A DNA stretch of 64,000 nucleotides from positions 1,568,001-1,632,000 of the forward strand of contig OY762721.1 of assembly GCA_963666345.1 (NCBI GenBank), written 5' to 3'. The stretch's first letter is position 1. Every line of letters begins with the position of its first letter. This document shows positions 29,033 through 39,631 of this stretch, piece by piece. Both the position numbers and the translations under genes were made by a program. Source of the DNA: Desulfatiglandales bacterium. Its GTDB lineage: Bacteria > Desulfobacterota > DSM-4660 > Desulfatiglandales > Desulfatiglandaceae. Under the pieces are notes generated by a model. That model did not search any database. It worked only from the letters and a program-made list of their open reading frames with translations, and was not told where the DNA came from.

Positions 29033-31135
29033 TCACTCTTTCTCATCCTCGATCACCTCATGTAACACCTTGCTCAATGACAGGGATTCAAATGGTTTGG
29101 GCATCATACCCTTAAAGCCGTATTCCTGAAAATTGGCCAGGACCGGGTCATCTGAATAACCGCTGGAGACGATGGCCTTTACTTCAGGATCTATCTCTAT
29201 CAATTTATTAATGGCTACCTTTCCCCCCATCCCGCCGGGTATGGTCAGGTCCAGGATAACTGCATCATAGGGCATTCCGGATTCCATGGCCGCCTTATAC
29301 ATCTCAATCGCTTCAATGCCGTCCCTTGCAAATTCCGATTCATAGCCAAGGTTGTTCAACATCCTCCCGACCAATTTTCTTATTGACTCTTCATCATCCA
29401 TCACAAGGATCCTGCCATGGCCGGTTATCAGAAGGTCTTCTTCTTTTTCAGGGACTATTTTGTCGCAAGCAGGCAAATAGATGTGAAATGTCGTACCCGC
29501 CCCCGGCCGGGATTCCACCGAGATGTACCCGTCGTGCTTCTTGATGATGGAATAGGTCGTGGCAAGCCCGAGACCGCTGCCCCCATACTTTGTCTTTAAA
29601 TAAGGGTCAAATATCCTTACAAGATGCTTTTCAGGTATACCTGCTCCCTGATCTTTAATGGATATCCTGATGTATCTGCCCGGCTTGAGGGGCAGCCCGT
29701 GTCCATCATCTATTATTAGATTTTCCGCCGCGACCCGAATGATTCCCCCTTCCGGCATCGACTGGTTTGCGTTGATAACAATATTATTGATGCCCTGGCT
29801 GATCTGTCCCAAGTCGACCTCAGCCGGCCAGAGGTCTTCTGCTATCGAATACTCGCACCTGGATTTTGAACCTCTTAAAACAAGGAGAGATGATTCCTTG
29901 ATAACGTCTTTAATCGAGACAGTTTCCTTTAGCGGCGCTCCTCCTTTGGCAAAGGTCAATAACTGCCCGGTCAGTTTCTGCGCACTTGTTGAAGCCGCCT
30001 CTGCATCATTTAACAGATCAAATATATCATCTTCAGGTGTTACCTGATTCTTGGCTAAGGAAATATTGCCGAGAATCGCTGTTAGAATGTTGTTGAAATC
30101 ATGGGCGATACCCCCTGCAAGCATCCCAATGGATTCAAGCTTTTGGGCCTTTAAAAGATCCTCTTCCATCCTCTTGCGCTCTGTTATGTCGCTATAAGCT
30201 ATTATCACCCCATAGCCTTCCAGCGGAATGGGAACAGCGGTTACATTGATCCAGATGACATCCGCTTCTCCCTTGACAATACCCATTTCGACATTCTCAA
30301 TCAGGTGATTTTCCTTCAGTGCCCTGACACTGGCGTACTCGTATGCCGGCATGGGAGAGCCGTCGGGCCGGATGATGCGCCACTCCAGGCCGTCAATCTT
30401 TCTTTTGCCATATTCTTGCCGCGGCAGTTCCAACAGCCGCCCTCCCTCTTTATTCATTTCCAAAATGTTCCCAGCCTTATCCGATACGGTAATTCCTATA
30501 GGTAATGATTCGAATAGCGTTTGATATTTTATCAGGTTGACCTTGAGCACCTCCTCCGCCCGCTTGAGATTGGAGATATCGCTGACCGCCGCTCTGATCT
30601 GCCTTAAATCGTCACCCTCGTTTTTTATGACGGTGCATTCCATACGGGCATAAAACTCACGGCCGTCATTTCTCACAAGCCGCAGCTCACAGGACCGGGA
30701 TGTCTCCGTTTCCAGAAGGCGCTGCCGATACTTATAGAAAATGTCCTTGTCTTCTCTCAGAACAAAGCGAGAGAAAGGCTTTCCAATCAAGGCACTCCGC
30801 TCTATCCCCGTCATGGAGGCACCGGTCAGATTGACCTCCTCGATGATCTCCTTTTCACTCACTGTAAAATAGCCGACCGGCGCAAAGTCATACAGATGAG
30901 AATACTTGTCCCGTGTTCGTTCAAGTTCACCCTGGATGCGGCGGAGTTCATCGTTCTGCATTTCTAACTCGATCTGATGAACCTGAAGCTCGTGGATGAG
31001 GGTTGTCATCTTTTCGGGTGACACTCCGGAGAAATCCTCGCTGCCGCCGAGCGCTTCTTTCAGCTTTTCCTCGGCTCGTTGCCTGAACTCAAGATCTCCC
31101 TGATTTTCCTTCGCTTTTAATTTCTTCGTATCCAT
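29033..31135 (-). CDS. PAS-PAS hybrid sensor histidine kinase (HisKA-HATPase-REC)
   Basis: HELQVHQIELEMQN coil, PAS domains, GIAHDFNN H-box, GLGL, LDLTIPG receiver. Confidence 0.93.
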   Translation of the reverse strand: MDTKKLKAKENQGDLEFRQRAEEKLKEALGGSEDFSGVSPEKMTTLIHELQVHQIELEMQNDELRRIQGELERTRDKYSHLYDFAPVGYFTVSEKEIIEEVNLTGASMTGIERSALIGKPFSRFVLREDKDIFYKYRQRLLETETSRSCELRLVRNDGREFYARMECTVIKNEGDDLRQIRAAVSDISNLKRAEEVLKVNLIKYQTLFESLPIGITVSDKAGNILEMNKEGGRLLELPRQEYGKRKIDGLEWRIIRPDGSPMPAYEYASVRALKENHLIENVEMGIVKGEADVIWINVTAVPIPLEGYGVIIAYSDITERKRMEEDLLKAQKLESIGMLAGGIAHDFNNILTAILGNISLAKNQVTPEDDIFDLLNDAEAASTSAQKLTGQLLTFAKGGAPLKETVSIKDVIKESSLLVLRGSKSRCEYSIAEDLWPAEVDLGQISQGINNIVINANQSMPEGGIIRVAAENLIIDDGHGLPLKPGRYIRISIKDQGAGIPEKHLVRIFDPYLKTKYGGSGLGLATTYSIIKKHDGYISVESRPGAGTTFHIYLPACDKIVPEKEEDLLITGHGRILVMDDEESIRKLVGRMLNNLGYESEFARDGIEAIEMYKAAMESGMPYDAVILDLTIPGGMGGKVAINKLIEIDPEVKAIVSSGYSDDPVLANFQEYGFKGMMPKPFESLSLSKVLHEVIEDEKE

Positions 31136-31159
31136 CTCCCTCTTCTCCCAATCGACAAT

Positions 31160-34099
31160 TCACGCAAGATCCCGTTCCGTGGTCGCAATTTCAATGGGCC
31201 GACCGCTCTCATCCGTTAAAACAGTACCGGTCAACCATACATCCAGTATTTCCCCGGCCTTTGTCTTTCGCCGGGTCTTAAATGACTTTATGGGTTCACC
31301 CCTCGTCAGTTTTTCAACGGCCGATTTAAACTCGCTCTGCTTATCCTCCGGGACAAGTTCGCTGATGTTCATCTTGAGGGCCTCGGCTTCGGTCCAGCCA
31401 TACATGTGCTGCGCACCCCTGTTCCAGGCCAGAATCTTGCCCTCAAAATCCAGTACTATAACGGCATCATTGGAATCCTCCAAAACAGTGGCCAATCTTC
31501 TGATTTTATCCGCCTGCTTGATCTTGTGCACATCAACAAAGGTCATCACCACTCCTTCAATGACATTTTCGGAGGTCCGGTACGGCATGACCCTCATGGC
31601 ATACCAGATAAGATCCTTTGTCAGGACGTCCATCTCCAGGGTATTGAGGTCTTTGAGGACCTTTCCGGCCAGGTCGATAAGATCGACATCCGGAAAGCTT
31701 GTTTTAAGGTCACTGAGAGGCCTGCCGATATCGGTCTGAATCAAACTGATTATATTTGCTGCGGCAGGGGTGTAACGTTTGATATAGAGGTCGGTATCCA
31801 GGAATATAGACGCAATTTCAGTTGCGGCCAACAGGTTGTTCATGTCGTCATTAGCCCTGGAAAATTCATCCACCTTGTTTTCAAGTTCCGCATTCACTGT
31901 GGCCAATTCCTCATTGGTGGATTGAAGCTCTTCCTTGGAGGTCTCCAGCTCTTCGTTGGTGCTTTGAAGTTCCTCGTTGACCGATTGCAGCTCTTCATTT
32001 GCTGATTTAAGCTCCTCATTGGAGGTTTCCATCTCCTCGATGGTTGCCTGAAGATATTCCCGGGTCGATTGTAGTTCCTGCTCAAGGCTTTGCAGGGCAG
32101 TATCCTGTTTGTTAAGTTTTAACGTGCCGGTCTTTTTTCCACCCGCTGCCTTTACCGGTGTTTTATCATCAAACATGACGAGCATAAATCCCGGGGGCAA
32201 ACCTTTATCTGTCATCTGTTTAACGGATATGTCGACAATACAGAACGCACCGTCATAGTTGACGCGAACGCCCTTGCAGAAAGCGTTCGTTTTTTTCCGG
32301 ACCGCTTTGTGAAGCGCTGTGGTCAGCGGATGTTTAAGGTCCGCGCGCGCCATGCTCAGGATATTAAAGCTGGGTTTGCCCGTGGGCGGGATCAAGTACC
32401 TGTCCGTCTTACCCACAAAATGCAGAATTTCATATTTATCATCGATCAGAACACCGGCGAGCGCATATTGATCGAAGATTGCCCTTTCGACCATTGCCTG
32501 GACGGTACTGGTTGCCGGTAGCTTATCTTTTACATCGGATTCGACTTTTTGCTGAACGCTGTAATTGATTTCAGCGGGATGAGAAACGCCAGTTCCCGCA
32601 AAGCCTTTTTTTCGTTCAAATAGTTTCCATCTAGAATTTAATGGCTGAAAAAGGTCCGTATGTTCACCGATGCTTTCTGATGTTCCCAGAAACAGAATCC
32701 CGCCGGGGTTCAGGGTATAATGAAACAGGGGGATGATCTTTTTCTGCAGGACACCGTCCATATAGATCATCAGATTGCGGCAGCTCACCAGGTCCAGCCT
32801 GGAAAAGGGTGGATCCTTAACGATATTTTGAAGCGAAAAGACGACCATGTCGCGGAGCTCTTTTTTGACCTTTAAAACACCCGGCTCTTTTATGAAAAAG
32901 CGGTTTAATCGCTCCTGGGAAACATCCGCGCCGATACTCTCAGGATAGATCCCCTTGCGGGCAGTGTCCAGGGCATCCGTATCGATATCCGTGGCAAAGA
33001 TTTGAACATTGAAATGTTTTTTGACCTTATCCATAGCTTCGCAAAGGATCACGCCTAACGAGTAGGCCTCTTCACCGGTAGAGCAACCCGTAACCCAGAA
33101 ACGGATCGCCGTATCAGGCTCTTTCGCGCTCAATAACTCCGGCAGCACCTTTTGCGCAAGCATGTCATAAGCTTCCGGGTCCCTGAAGAAGCTGGTTACC
33201 CCGATGACCAGATTTTTAAAGAGCACGTCTATTTCCGCACGATTTTTCTGGAGATAAAGGATGTAATCTGACAGCGTTGTTATCTGGTGGACCGCCAGGC
33301 GGCGTTCAATCCGCCGTGCAATGGTGTTAGCCTTGTAATGGGAAAAGTCGTGGCCGGTTGCGCTGCGGATAAGCGCAAAAATCTTCTGTATCTGGTTTTT
33401 AACCGGCGGTTCCGCTAATTTGATCTTATCCAGTGACTCAAGAAAAGGGTGCTTGGCGTAATGGATCAGCGTTTCCGGCATCTTTTCGACCGGAAGAATG
33501 AAATCGACCAGTCCGGTCTCAATGGCGCTTCTGGGCATGCCGTCATATTTTGCCGTATCCGGCCGCTGGACCATAACCATGCCGCCTTCACCCTTGATCG
33601 CCTTGATCCCCAGGGTTCCGTCCGAGGCAGTTCCCGACATAATGATGCCGATAGCCTTTTCACCCCGGTCTTCCGAAAGCGACCTGAAAAAGAAATCAAC
33701 CGGCATGTTGATCGCACTGGTTTTTACCGGTTCCATCAGATGAAGACGGAGGTTAAAAACGGCCACGTTCTTGCCCGGCGGATTCAGATAGACATGGTTG
33801 GGTTCAAGCTTTGCGCCGTTTTCAATCTGCTCGACCGTCATCCGGGTATGTTTATCCACGAGCGATGCCATAATGCTTTTGTGTTTCGGGCTCAAATGCT
33901 GGATGACCACAAATGCCATGTTGCTGTCCGGCGGCATGATGGAAAAGAACGCATTGAGGGTCTCCAGTCCACCGGCTGAGGCGCCGATACCGACGATCGG
34001 GAAGCTGATGCCTTGTTCCGGTTTTTTCTTCTGTTTAGTCTTTTTCAAAGAATTCTCTCTGGCGGGCGGCGCTTTTTTCTTTTTTGTCGGCATGGTCAT
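31160..34099 (-). CDS. CheB-CheR fusion with coiled coil and PAS domains
   Basis: GASAGG/QHL/SDG methylesterase, GCSTGEEAYS/CRNL methyltransferase, NEELQS heptads. Confidence 0.93.
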   Translation of the reverse strand: MTMPTKKKKAPPARENSLKKTKQKKKPEQGISFPIVGIGASAGGLETLNAFFSIMPPDSNMAFVVIQHLSPKHKSIMASLVDKHTRMTVEQIENGAKLEPNHVYLNPPGKNVAVFNLRLHLMEPVKTSAINMPVDFFFRSLSEDRGEKAIGIIMSGTASDGTLGIKAIKGEGGMVMVQRPDTAKYDGMPRSAIETGLVDFILPVEKMPETLIHYAKHPFLESLDKIKLAEPPVKNQIQKIFALIRSATGHDFSHYKANTIARRIERRLAVHQITTLSDYILYLQKNRAEIDVLFKNLVIGVTSFFRDPEAYDMLAQKVLPELLSAKEPDTAIRFWVTGCSTGEEAYSLGVILCEAMDKVKKHFNVQIFATDIDTDALDTARKGIYPESIGADVSQERLNRFFIKEPGVLKVKKELRDMVVFSLQNIVKDPPFSRLDLVSCRNLMIYMDGVLQKKIIPLFHYTLNPGGILFLGTSESIGEHTDLFQPLNSRWKLFERKKGFAGTGVSHPAEINYSVQQKVESDVKDKLPATSTVQAMVERAIFDQYALAGVLIDDKYEILHFVGKTDRYLIPPTGKPSFNILSMARADLKHPLTTALHKAVRKKTNAFCKGVRVNYDGAFCIVDISVKQMTDKGLPPGFMLVMFDDKTPVKAAGGKKTGTLKLNKQDTALQSLEQELQSTREYLQATIEEMETSNEELKSANEELQSVNEELQSTNEELETSKEELQSTNEELATVNAELENKVDEFSRANDDMNNLLAATEIASIFLDTDLYIKRYTPAAANIISLIQTDIGRPLSDLKTSFPDVDLIDLAGKVLKDLNTLEMDVLTKDLIWYAMRVMPYRTSENVIEGVVMTFVDVHKIKQADKIRRLATVLEDSNDAVIVLDFEGKILAWNRGAQHMYGWTEAEALKMNISELVPEDKQSEFKSAVEKLTRGEPIKSFKTRRKTKAGEILDVWLTGTVLTDESGRPIEIATTERDLA

Positions 34100-34307
34100 T
34101 GCCTTTATATTTGAATGGATATGGATGAGAAAGAATCAGAATATGGACTTAAATATGGCTTCTAAAACTCACGCTTGCTTGCATAGACAGAAAGTATTTT
34201 CTGTCAGATTTATTCTTGCTTATATTTTTAGTATCCATAACAATAGCCGATCCGACCTGCGGACGTAAAAACATTTGATAAACCTTAAACAAAATGGAGG
34301 TTCCATC

Positions 34308-35120
34308 ATAAAAATTGCCCAAAGTGTCACACATTTTTTCAATTACCAAAGGCTGAATGTTAAAAAAAAATACGTTGAGGAATTATGAATTTATCCTCAG
34401 CAATTTCCAAAACCACTTTGACGATATAGAGCTTTCATCCATCACATCCGAAGACATCCTGGATTTCATGTCTATGGTGTCCGATGGAACCAAACAGAAC
34501 ACCAAGAAATTAAGATTTACGCTCCTGCCTGTCTTTTTCAATTTTGTCAAAAATTCGCTTGATCCTGATTTCCAAAACCCTTGTGACAACCCAGCGTTAC
34601 ATAAATTGTTCAGGGCCGGGAAATCAATCCAGCTTAATATCCTGGAAAAGGACGTGATCGATGAAATCATTTTCAGAACACAAAATCCCAGGAACCCTCT
34701 TTTGCTCGAACTCATGGCCCGTGGTTGTATGAGGATCGGCGAGGTCCTGAACCTTACCCCGATGAATATCGAAGACCGAAAAGCCATTATCCAAGACCCT
34801 AAAAGCGGCACAAAGGCCGAGGCGGCTTTCCTGCCACAGAAAGTGGTAGACCGGCTTAAAAAATACGTCCGCGAAAATGAGATTAAACCGAATGCCAGGA
34901 TTTTTCCGATAACATACGCTGCAGCCAGACTTGTCGTGCAGACTTGTCGTGAAAAAGGCCTGCAATCTGGTTTGCATCCACCTCAAACCGCATGATCTGC
35001 GCAGGCACGCTGCCACGTATGCATCACGATCCGGTACGCCACTTGAAATCGTTTCAAAGGTGTTGCTGCGTCATTCGAACTTCTCAACAACCCAGGCTTA
35101 TCTGGAAAAAGTCAGCGATA
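34308..35120 (+). pseudogene. Tyrosine recombinase/integrase pseudogene
   Basis: MRIGEV, PKSG, PHDLRR, LRH..., TTQAY motifs spread over three frames; ATA in place of a start after GGAGG, an A9 tract and a 13-bp tandem duplication. Confidence 0.85.
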
Positions 35121-35157
35121 TTTTTTCCAAATTTTATATCCGTCGGGACTTTTGCCG

Positions 35158-36219
35158 TCATGCCTGCTTCTCAAAATTAAAATTTTTATCCTGTACGACT
35201 GTTTTACAGGCGTTCACCACGGCCGGATCGTAAAACCGTCCGCGGTTCTTCAGTATTTCACCCATGGCCGCATCCATCCCCAGTGCGGGCCTGTACGGCC
35301 TGTGGGATGACATGGCCTCCACCACATCGGCAACCGCCAGCACTTTGGCTTCAATCAGAATCTCCTCGGCGTCAAGCTTGAGGGGGTAGCCGGAGCCGTC
35401 TTCCCGTTCATGATGCTGGTATACCATTTGGGCGATGGGCCAGGGAAAGTCAATCGTTTTCACCAGATCATAACCGACCTGCGGATGCATTTTTATCAGG
35501 CCGAATTCAAATTCATTGATGCGGCCGGGTTTGCTCAAGATTTCAGCCGGCACCGCAATCTTGCCGATATCATGAATAACGCCCCCCATTGCGATCCCTT
35601 TTATCTCGCTTGCCGACAGTCCCATTTCTGTGGCTATTTCACAGGCCAGCATGGCCACCCGGCGCTGGTGCCCGGCAGTATAGGGATCCCGTATTTCTAC
35701 CGCCGCCCCGATGACCTGAATCGTCGCATCCATGTTTTTGCGCAAATTATCCATGGTTAACTGAAGTGCTTCCGTTCTCTCTTTAACCTGATTTTCAAGA
35801 TCCTCCTGCCGGCTGCGGTTTTGTATTTCAAGTTTTCGGCGGCGCAGCGCGCTGGAAATGTTAATCATCAACTCAGACGCGTTGACCGGCTTGATCATAT
35901 AACCGTAAGCGCCAATTTCCAGAGCAGAGGTAACGATATCCGGATTATCAGTTCCGCTTATCATGATCAGTGCTGTATCAGGATATTCAGCGACGATATG
36001 TCTCGCCAGCCCGATACCGGATTCGCCTGGCATGTTGACATCGCTGATGACCACATCGAACGGATGTTCCGTCAGGATTTTGCGTGCCTCAACTGCATCA
36101 GCCGCCTCGCTGCATTTATAACCCTTTGAGGTCGCCACTATACGGCAGAGCAACTTTCGCACTTGGGCATCATCATCGATTACTAAAATACCTGTTTTTT
36201 CAGGAACTTTGGCGCTCAA
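35158..36219 (-). CDS. Response regulator with HD-GYP phosphodiesterase domain
   Basis: REC (DDD, SDVNMP, KP); HDIGK, HHEREDGSGYP, HRPYR; SD AGGAGG before TTG. Confidence 0.93.
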   Translation of the reverse strand: MSAKVPEKTGILVIDDDAQVRKLLCRIVATSKGYKCSEAADAVEARKILTEHPFDVVISDVNMPGESGIGLARHIVAEYPDTALIMISGTDNPDIVTSALEIGAYGYMIKPVNASELMINISSALRRRKLEIQNRSRQEDLENQVKERTEALQLTMDNLRKNMDATIQVIGAAVEIRDPYTAGHQRRVAMLACEIATEMGLSASEIKGIAMGGVIHDIGKIAVPAEILSKPGRINEFEFGLIKMHPQVGYDLVKTIDFPWPIAQMVYQHHEREDGSGYPLKLDAEEILIEAKVLAVADVVEAMSSHRPYRPALGMDAAMGEILKNRGRFYDPAVVNACKTVVQDKNFNFEKQA

Positions 36220-36293
36220 TTTTAAAAGCCTCCTTTTAAATTAATAGTGGATATACCAAACCCGTACTTTCACATTCTTGCAGTCATAACAAA

Positions 36294-36406
36294 ATTGAAA
36301 ATTTTCCCATCTTTTCGCTTTTTCAATTCTCCAGGATTCAATTCTTATCACCCTTCAATCACCCCCAGTTGAATATTCTAAAGATTCAACCGGGCAGGCA
36401 ATCAAT
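36294..36406. repeat. Composite dispersed intergenic repeat
   Basis: 36294-36355 matches 58972-59033 (55/62); 36349-36406 resembles 50751-50812 (GTTGAAT...ATTCAAC hairpin). Confidence 0.8.
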
Positions 36407-36407
36407 C

Positions 36408-39155
36408 CTACTTTTTCCCCTCAATCACCTCATGTAACACCTTGCTCAATGACAGGGATTCAAATGGTTTGGGCATCATACCCTTAAAGCCGTATTCCTG
36501 AAAATTGGCCAGGACCGGATCATCTGAGTAACCGCTGGAGACAATAGCTTTTACTTCAGGATCTATCTCCAGCAATTTGTTAATCGCTTCTTTGCCGCCC
36601 ATTCCGCCGGGGATGGTCAGATCCAGGATAAGGGCATCATAGGGCTTTTCAGATTTCTTGGCTGCTTTGTACATCTCAATCGCTTCAGCACCGTCCTTTG
36701 CAAATTCTGATTCATAACCCAGGTTTTTCAACATTCTTCCAAGCATTTTCCTTAACGATGCTTCATCATCCATTACCAAAATCCTGCCTTGTCCTTTTAT
36801 CAGCTTAACTTCCTCTTTTTCAGGGGTTGCTTTGTCGGAAGCAGGCAGGTAGATGTGAAATGTCGTACCCACCCCCAACCTGGAGTCCACCGTAATATGT
36901 CCATCATGTTTTTTAATGATGGAATAGGTCGTGGCAAGTCCAAGGCCACTCCCTTCATGCTTTGTTGTAAAATAAGGATCAAATATATTTAAAAGGTGAT
37001 CTTTGGCTATGCCCACACCTTGATCTTTGATGGATATCCTGATGTATCTGCCTGGTTTAATCGGTAGGCCATGCATATCCTCTATTATTAGATTCTCTGC
37101 AGCAACCTGAATAGTCCCCCCTTTCGGCATGGCCTGGTTGGCATTGATAACAATATTATTGATGACCTGGCTGATCTGACCTACATCAACCTCAGCCGGC
37201 CAGAGGTCTTGTCTCAGCGAAAACTCGCAGCCGGAATTTGAGCCTCGCAGCACAAAGGAAAACGATTCTTTGAGGATATCTTTGATTGAAGTGGTCTTTT
37301 TTAACGGCGCACCCCCTTTGGCAAAGGTCAACAACTGCTTGGTTAGTGTCTGAGCCCTAAGGGAAGCCATCTCGGCTTCACTTAACATTTCAAATAGTTC
37401 ATCCTCCGATGTCACCTGCGTCTTGGCCATGGAAATATTGCCGAGAATCGTTGTCAGAATATTATTGAAATCATGGGCGATACCACCGGCAAGCACTCCC
37501 ACGGATTCAAGTTTCTGAGCCCTTAAAAGTTCATCCTCCAGTGTTATCCGTTCCGTGACATCCCGCGCCACCATAACCACGAGCTTCTCCCCGCCTTCAG
37601 TCGATCGCACTGGGGAAATTTTCCCTTCGAACCATCTCTCTCCGGCAGGTACGGCCAGTTGATATTTAATCATCTGGGTTTCTCCGGTTTTCAGAGCTTG
37701 GCGTATGGTCGCCAAACCGGCGTCAGCAATATCTTTGGGCATGACATCGCTCAAAAACCGTCCGATAATTTTTTGCTCTTCCTTGTAAAGAAGTTCTTCC
37801 TGCCCGGAAAGGAACTCCACATAGCGCCCTTCCTCATCCAGTGTCATTATTACGTCGGTTATGGATCTACGAATAGCGGCCATCCGTTCCTGGCTTTTCC
37901 TCAGCGCCTTCTCAGCCTGTATGCGTTCTGTGATGTCTGTAAAAGTCCCTACAACTCCCTTTAGGAGAACGCCCTCTTCAATTATTGGATTAGCATTTAC
38001 ACTGATCCACGATATAGATCCGTCAGGGTGTTTCGTGCCCATTACCATGTCTCTAACCGGATGTCTTTCCTTCATCGCAAGGGGACCAGCCATCTCCTCC
38101 AAAGGCATAGGGCTTCCATCAGAACGGATGATCTCCCAATCTGGACTGATATAATTACGACCTTCAATTTCAAAACGCTTAAGCCCCAAGATATGCTCTG
38201 CTGCGGGGTTGGCATGGACAATCTGTCCATTTCGTTCGATCAAGACCACACCTTCGGCCATTGTATCTACAAGATTCCGATAGAGTTTTTCACTCTCAAA
38301 TAGCGCTTCTTCAGCCCGCTTGTGCTCGGTAATGTCATGTAATAAACCAAATAGGCGAACAGGCTTTCCGTTTGATCCCCTTTCCGCAAATCCGCTCGCA
38401 TGACATACCCGGATTTCACCATCTTTCCGCATGGAGCGGAGTTCCATTTTATAGGGCGTTCCATTGGTTACTGCATTTTCTACGGCCTTACGCAAAGTCT
38501 CAAAGTCTTCAAGGTGATACAATTTAGGATGCTCGGCCCAACTTGGCGCTCCGTCATCAGGGTCAAGTTGAAAAATACGGAATAGCTCCTCTGACCAAGT
38601 CACCGTGTCAGTAGCAATTTCCCATTCCCAACTGCCTATATGTGCGAGGCTTTCAGTCCGTGCCAACATCTTCTGGCTCTTGCGTAGCGCATCCTCCGCC
38701 AGCTTGCGCGTGGTGATGTCGGTAGCAATCCCCTCGATTATGATTCCCCCGGTATCAAGCGTTCTGCCTATAGATCTGTCCAAAAACCAAAGCCAATTGC
38801 CGTTTGCGTCTCTGATTCGATATTCAAGCTTAAAAGGTTTTCCGTCTTTAAATTCCTTTATGGCGGTGTCTACTTGATTCAAATCTTCAGGATGAATTGA
38901 ATCATGCCATAATTTTGGGTTTTGAAGGAGATAAGATGAGGAGTAACCAAGAACAGATTGGACCTGGGAACTATAAAATATCCCTCCTCTAAGCGGTGAA
39001 TATGAATAGATTATATCAGGAATGCCTTCAATTAACTTTTGATACTTTTTTTCACCTTGTTTTAATATTTCTTCTGTCCGCTTGCGCTCAGATTCAGCTT
39101 TCTCTAAAGCCTGAATTCGTTGCTCCAATTCTTCATAGGTCGGTTTTTCAGACAT
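36408..39155 (-). CDS. Multi-PAS hybrid histidine kinase
   Basis: SEKPTYEELEQR N-terminus, four PAS/PAC (DIT) units, GIAHDFNN, C-terminal REC. Confidence 0.93.
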   Translation of the reverse strand: MSEKPTYEELEQRIQALEKAESERKRTEEILKQGEKKYQKLIEGIPDIIYSYSPLRGGIFYSSQVQSVLGYSSSYLLQNPKLWHDSIHPEDLNQVDTAIKEFKDGKPFKLEYRIRDANGNWLWFLDRSIGRTLDTGGIIIEGIATDITTRKLAEDALRKSQKMLARTESLAHIGSWEWEIATDTVTWSEELFRIFQLDPDDGAPSWAEHPKLYHLEDFETLRKAVENAVTNGTPYKMELRSMRKDGEIRVCHASGFAERGSNGKPVRLFGLLHDITEHKRAEEALFESEKLYRNLVDTMAEGVVLIERNGQIVHANPAAEHILGLKRFEIEGRNYISPDWEIIRSDGSPMPLEEMAGPLAMKERHPVRDMVMGTKHPDGSISWISVNANPIIEEGVLLKGVVGTFTDITERIQAEKALRKSQERMAAIRRSITDVIMTLDEEGRYVEFLSGQEELLYKEEQKIIGRFLSDVMPKDIADAGLATIRQALKTGETQMIKYQLAVPAGERWFEGKISPVRSTEGGEKLVVMVARDVTERITLEDELLRAQKLESVGVLAGGIAHDFNNILTTILGNISMAKTQVTSEDELFEMLSEAEMASLRAQTLTKQLLTFAKGGAPLKKTTSIKDILKESFSFVLRGSNSGCEFSLRQDLWPAEVDVGQISQVINNIVINANQAMPKGGTIQVAAENLIIEDMHGLPIKPGRYIRISIKDQGVGIAKDHLLNIFDPYFTTKHEGSGLGLATTYSIIKKHDGHITVDSRLGVGTTFHIYLPASDKATPEKEEVKLIKGQGRILVMDDEASLRKMLGRMLKNLGYESEFAKDGAEAIEMYKAAKKSEKPYDALILDLTIPGGMGGKEAINKLLEIDPEVKAIVSSGYSDDPVLANFQEYGFKGMMPKPFESLSLSKVLHEVIEGKK

Positions 39156-39446
39156 GGACACCACCTGCTTTTTTACGATCTATTCGAGTTGCGATAACTT
39201 GCATCAGTCATAACCGGCTGACCGTCAAAAGATAGTTACGAATAATATTGGTATCATTACCTTTTTGCGATGCAAAAATCTTTCCCATAGGTCGATAATT
39301 ATTGTTGAATTCCGGAAAACACGTGGTTTCTTGGTCCTCGTTGCTTTTTTCAATCTTCAGTCCCTGGCCCAGACCTGGCTTTGAAAGAGTGGGTTTATAT
39401 GTATGGATACCTTAATCTTTACAAAGCATGATAATGTTCCTGTGTC

Positions 39447-39611
39447 GTCGCGCCTCCCAATCCCGTCCCGGTCTCGGGACGGGGAGGGCAGGCTGACCTC
39501 CTCAGGTCCTTCGGTGATATGCCGGACATTGGGCAACAAAAGGACTACGAGCAGCTCACATTATGTCGCACCTCCCGATCCCGTTCCGGTCTCGGGACGG
39601 GGAGGGCGGGC
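39447..39611. repeat. Two direct copies of a 47-bp GC-rich palindromic (REP-like) unit
   Basis: 39447-39493 and 39565-39611, 43/47 identical; stem TCCCGTCCCG-GTCT-CGGGACGGGG. Confidence 0.85.
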
Positions 39612-39631
39612 AACAATAGTCAATCGTCAAT

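Noticed and set aside
29033..29035. UGA readthrough from the kinase into the in-frame receiver fragment
   Set aside because: The UGA is not at a Cys-equivalent position, the paralogous kinases end at the same place, and the downstream piece is only half a domain.
39447..39611. CRISPR array
   Set aside because: Only two 47-bp units, a 71-nt spacer and no cas genes.
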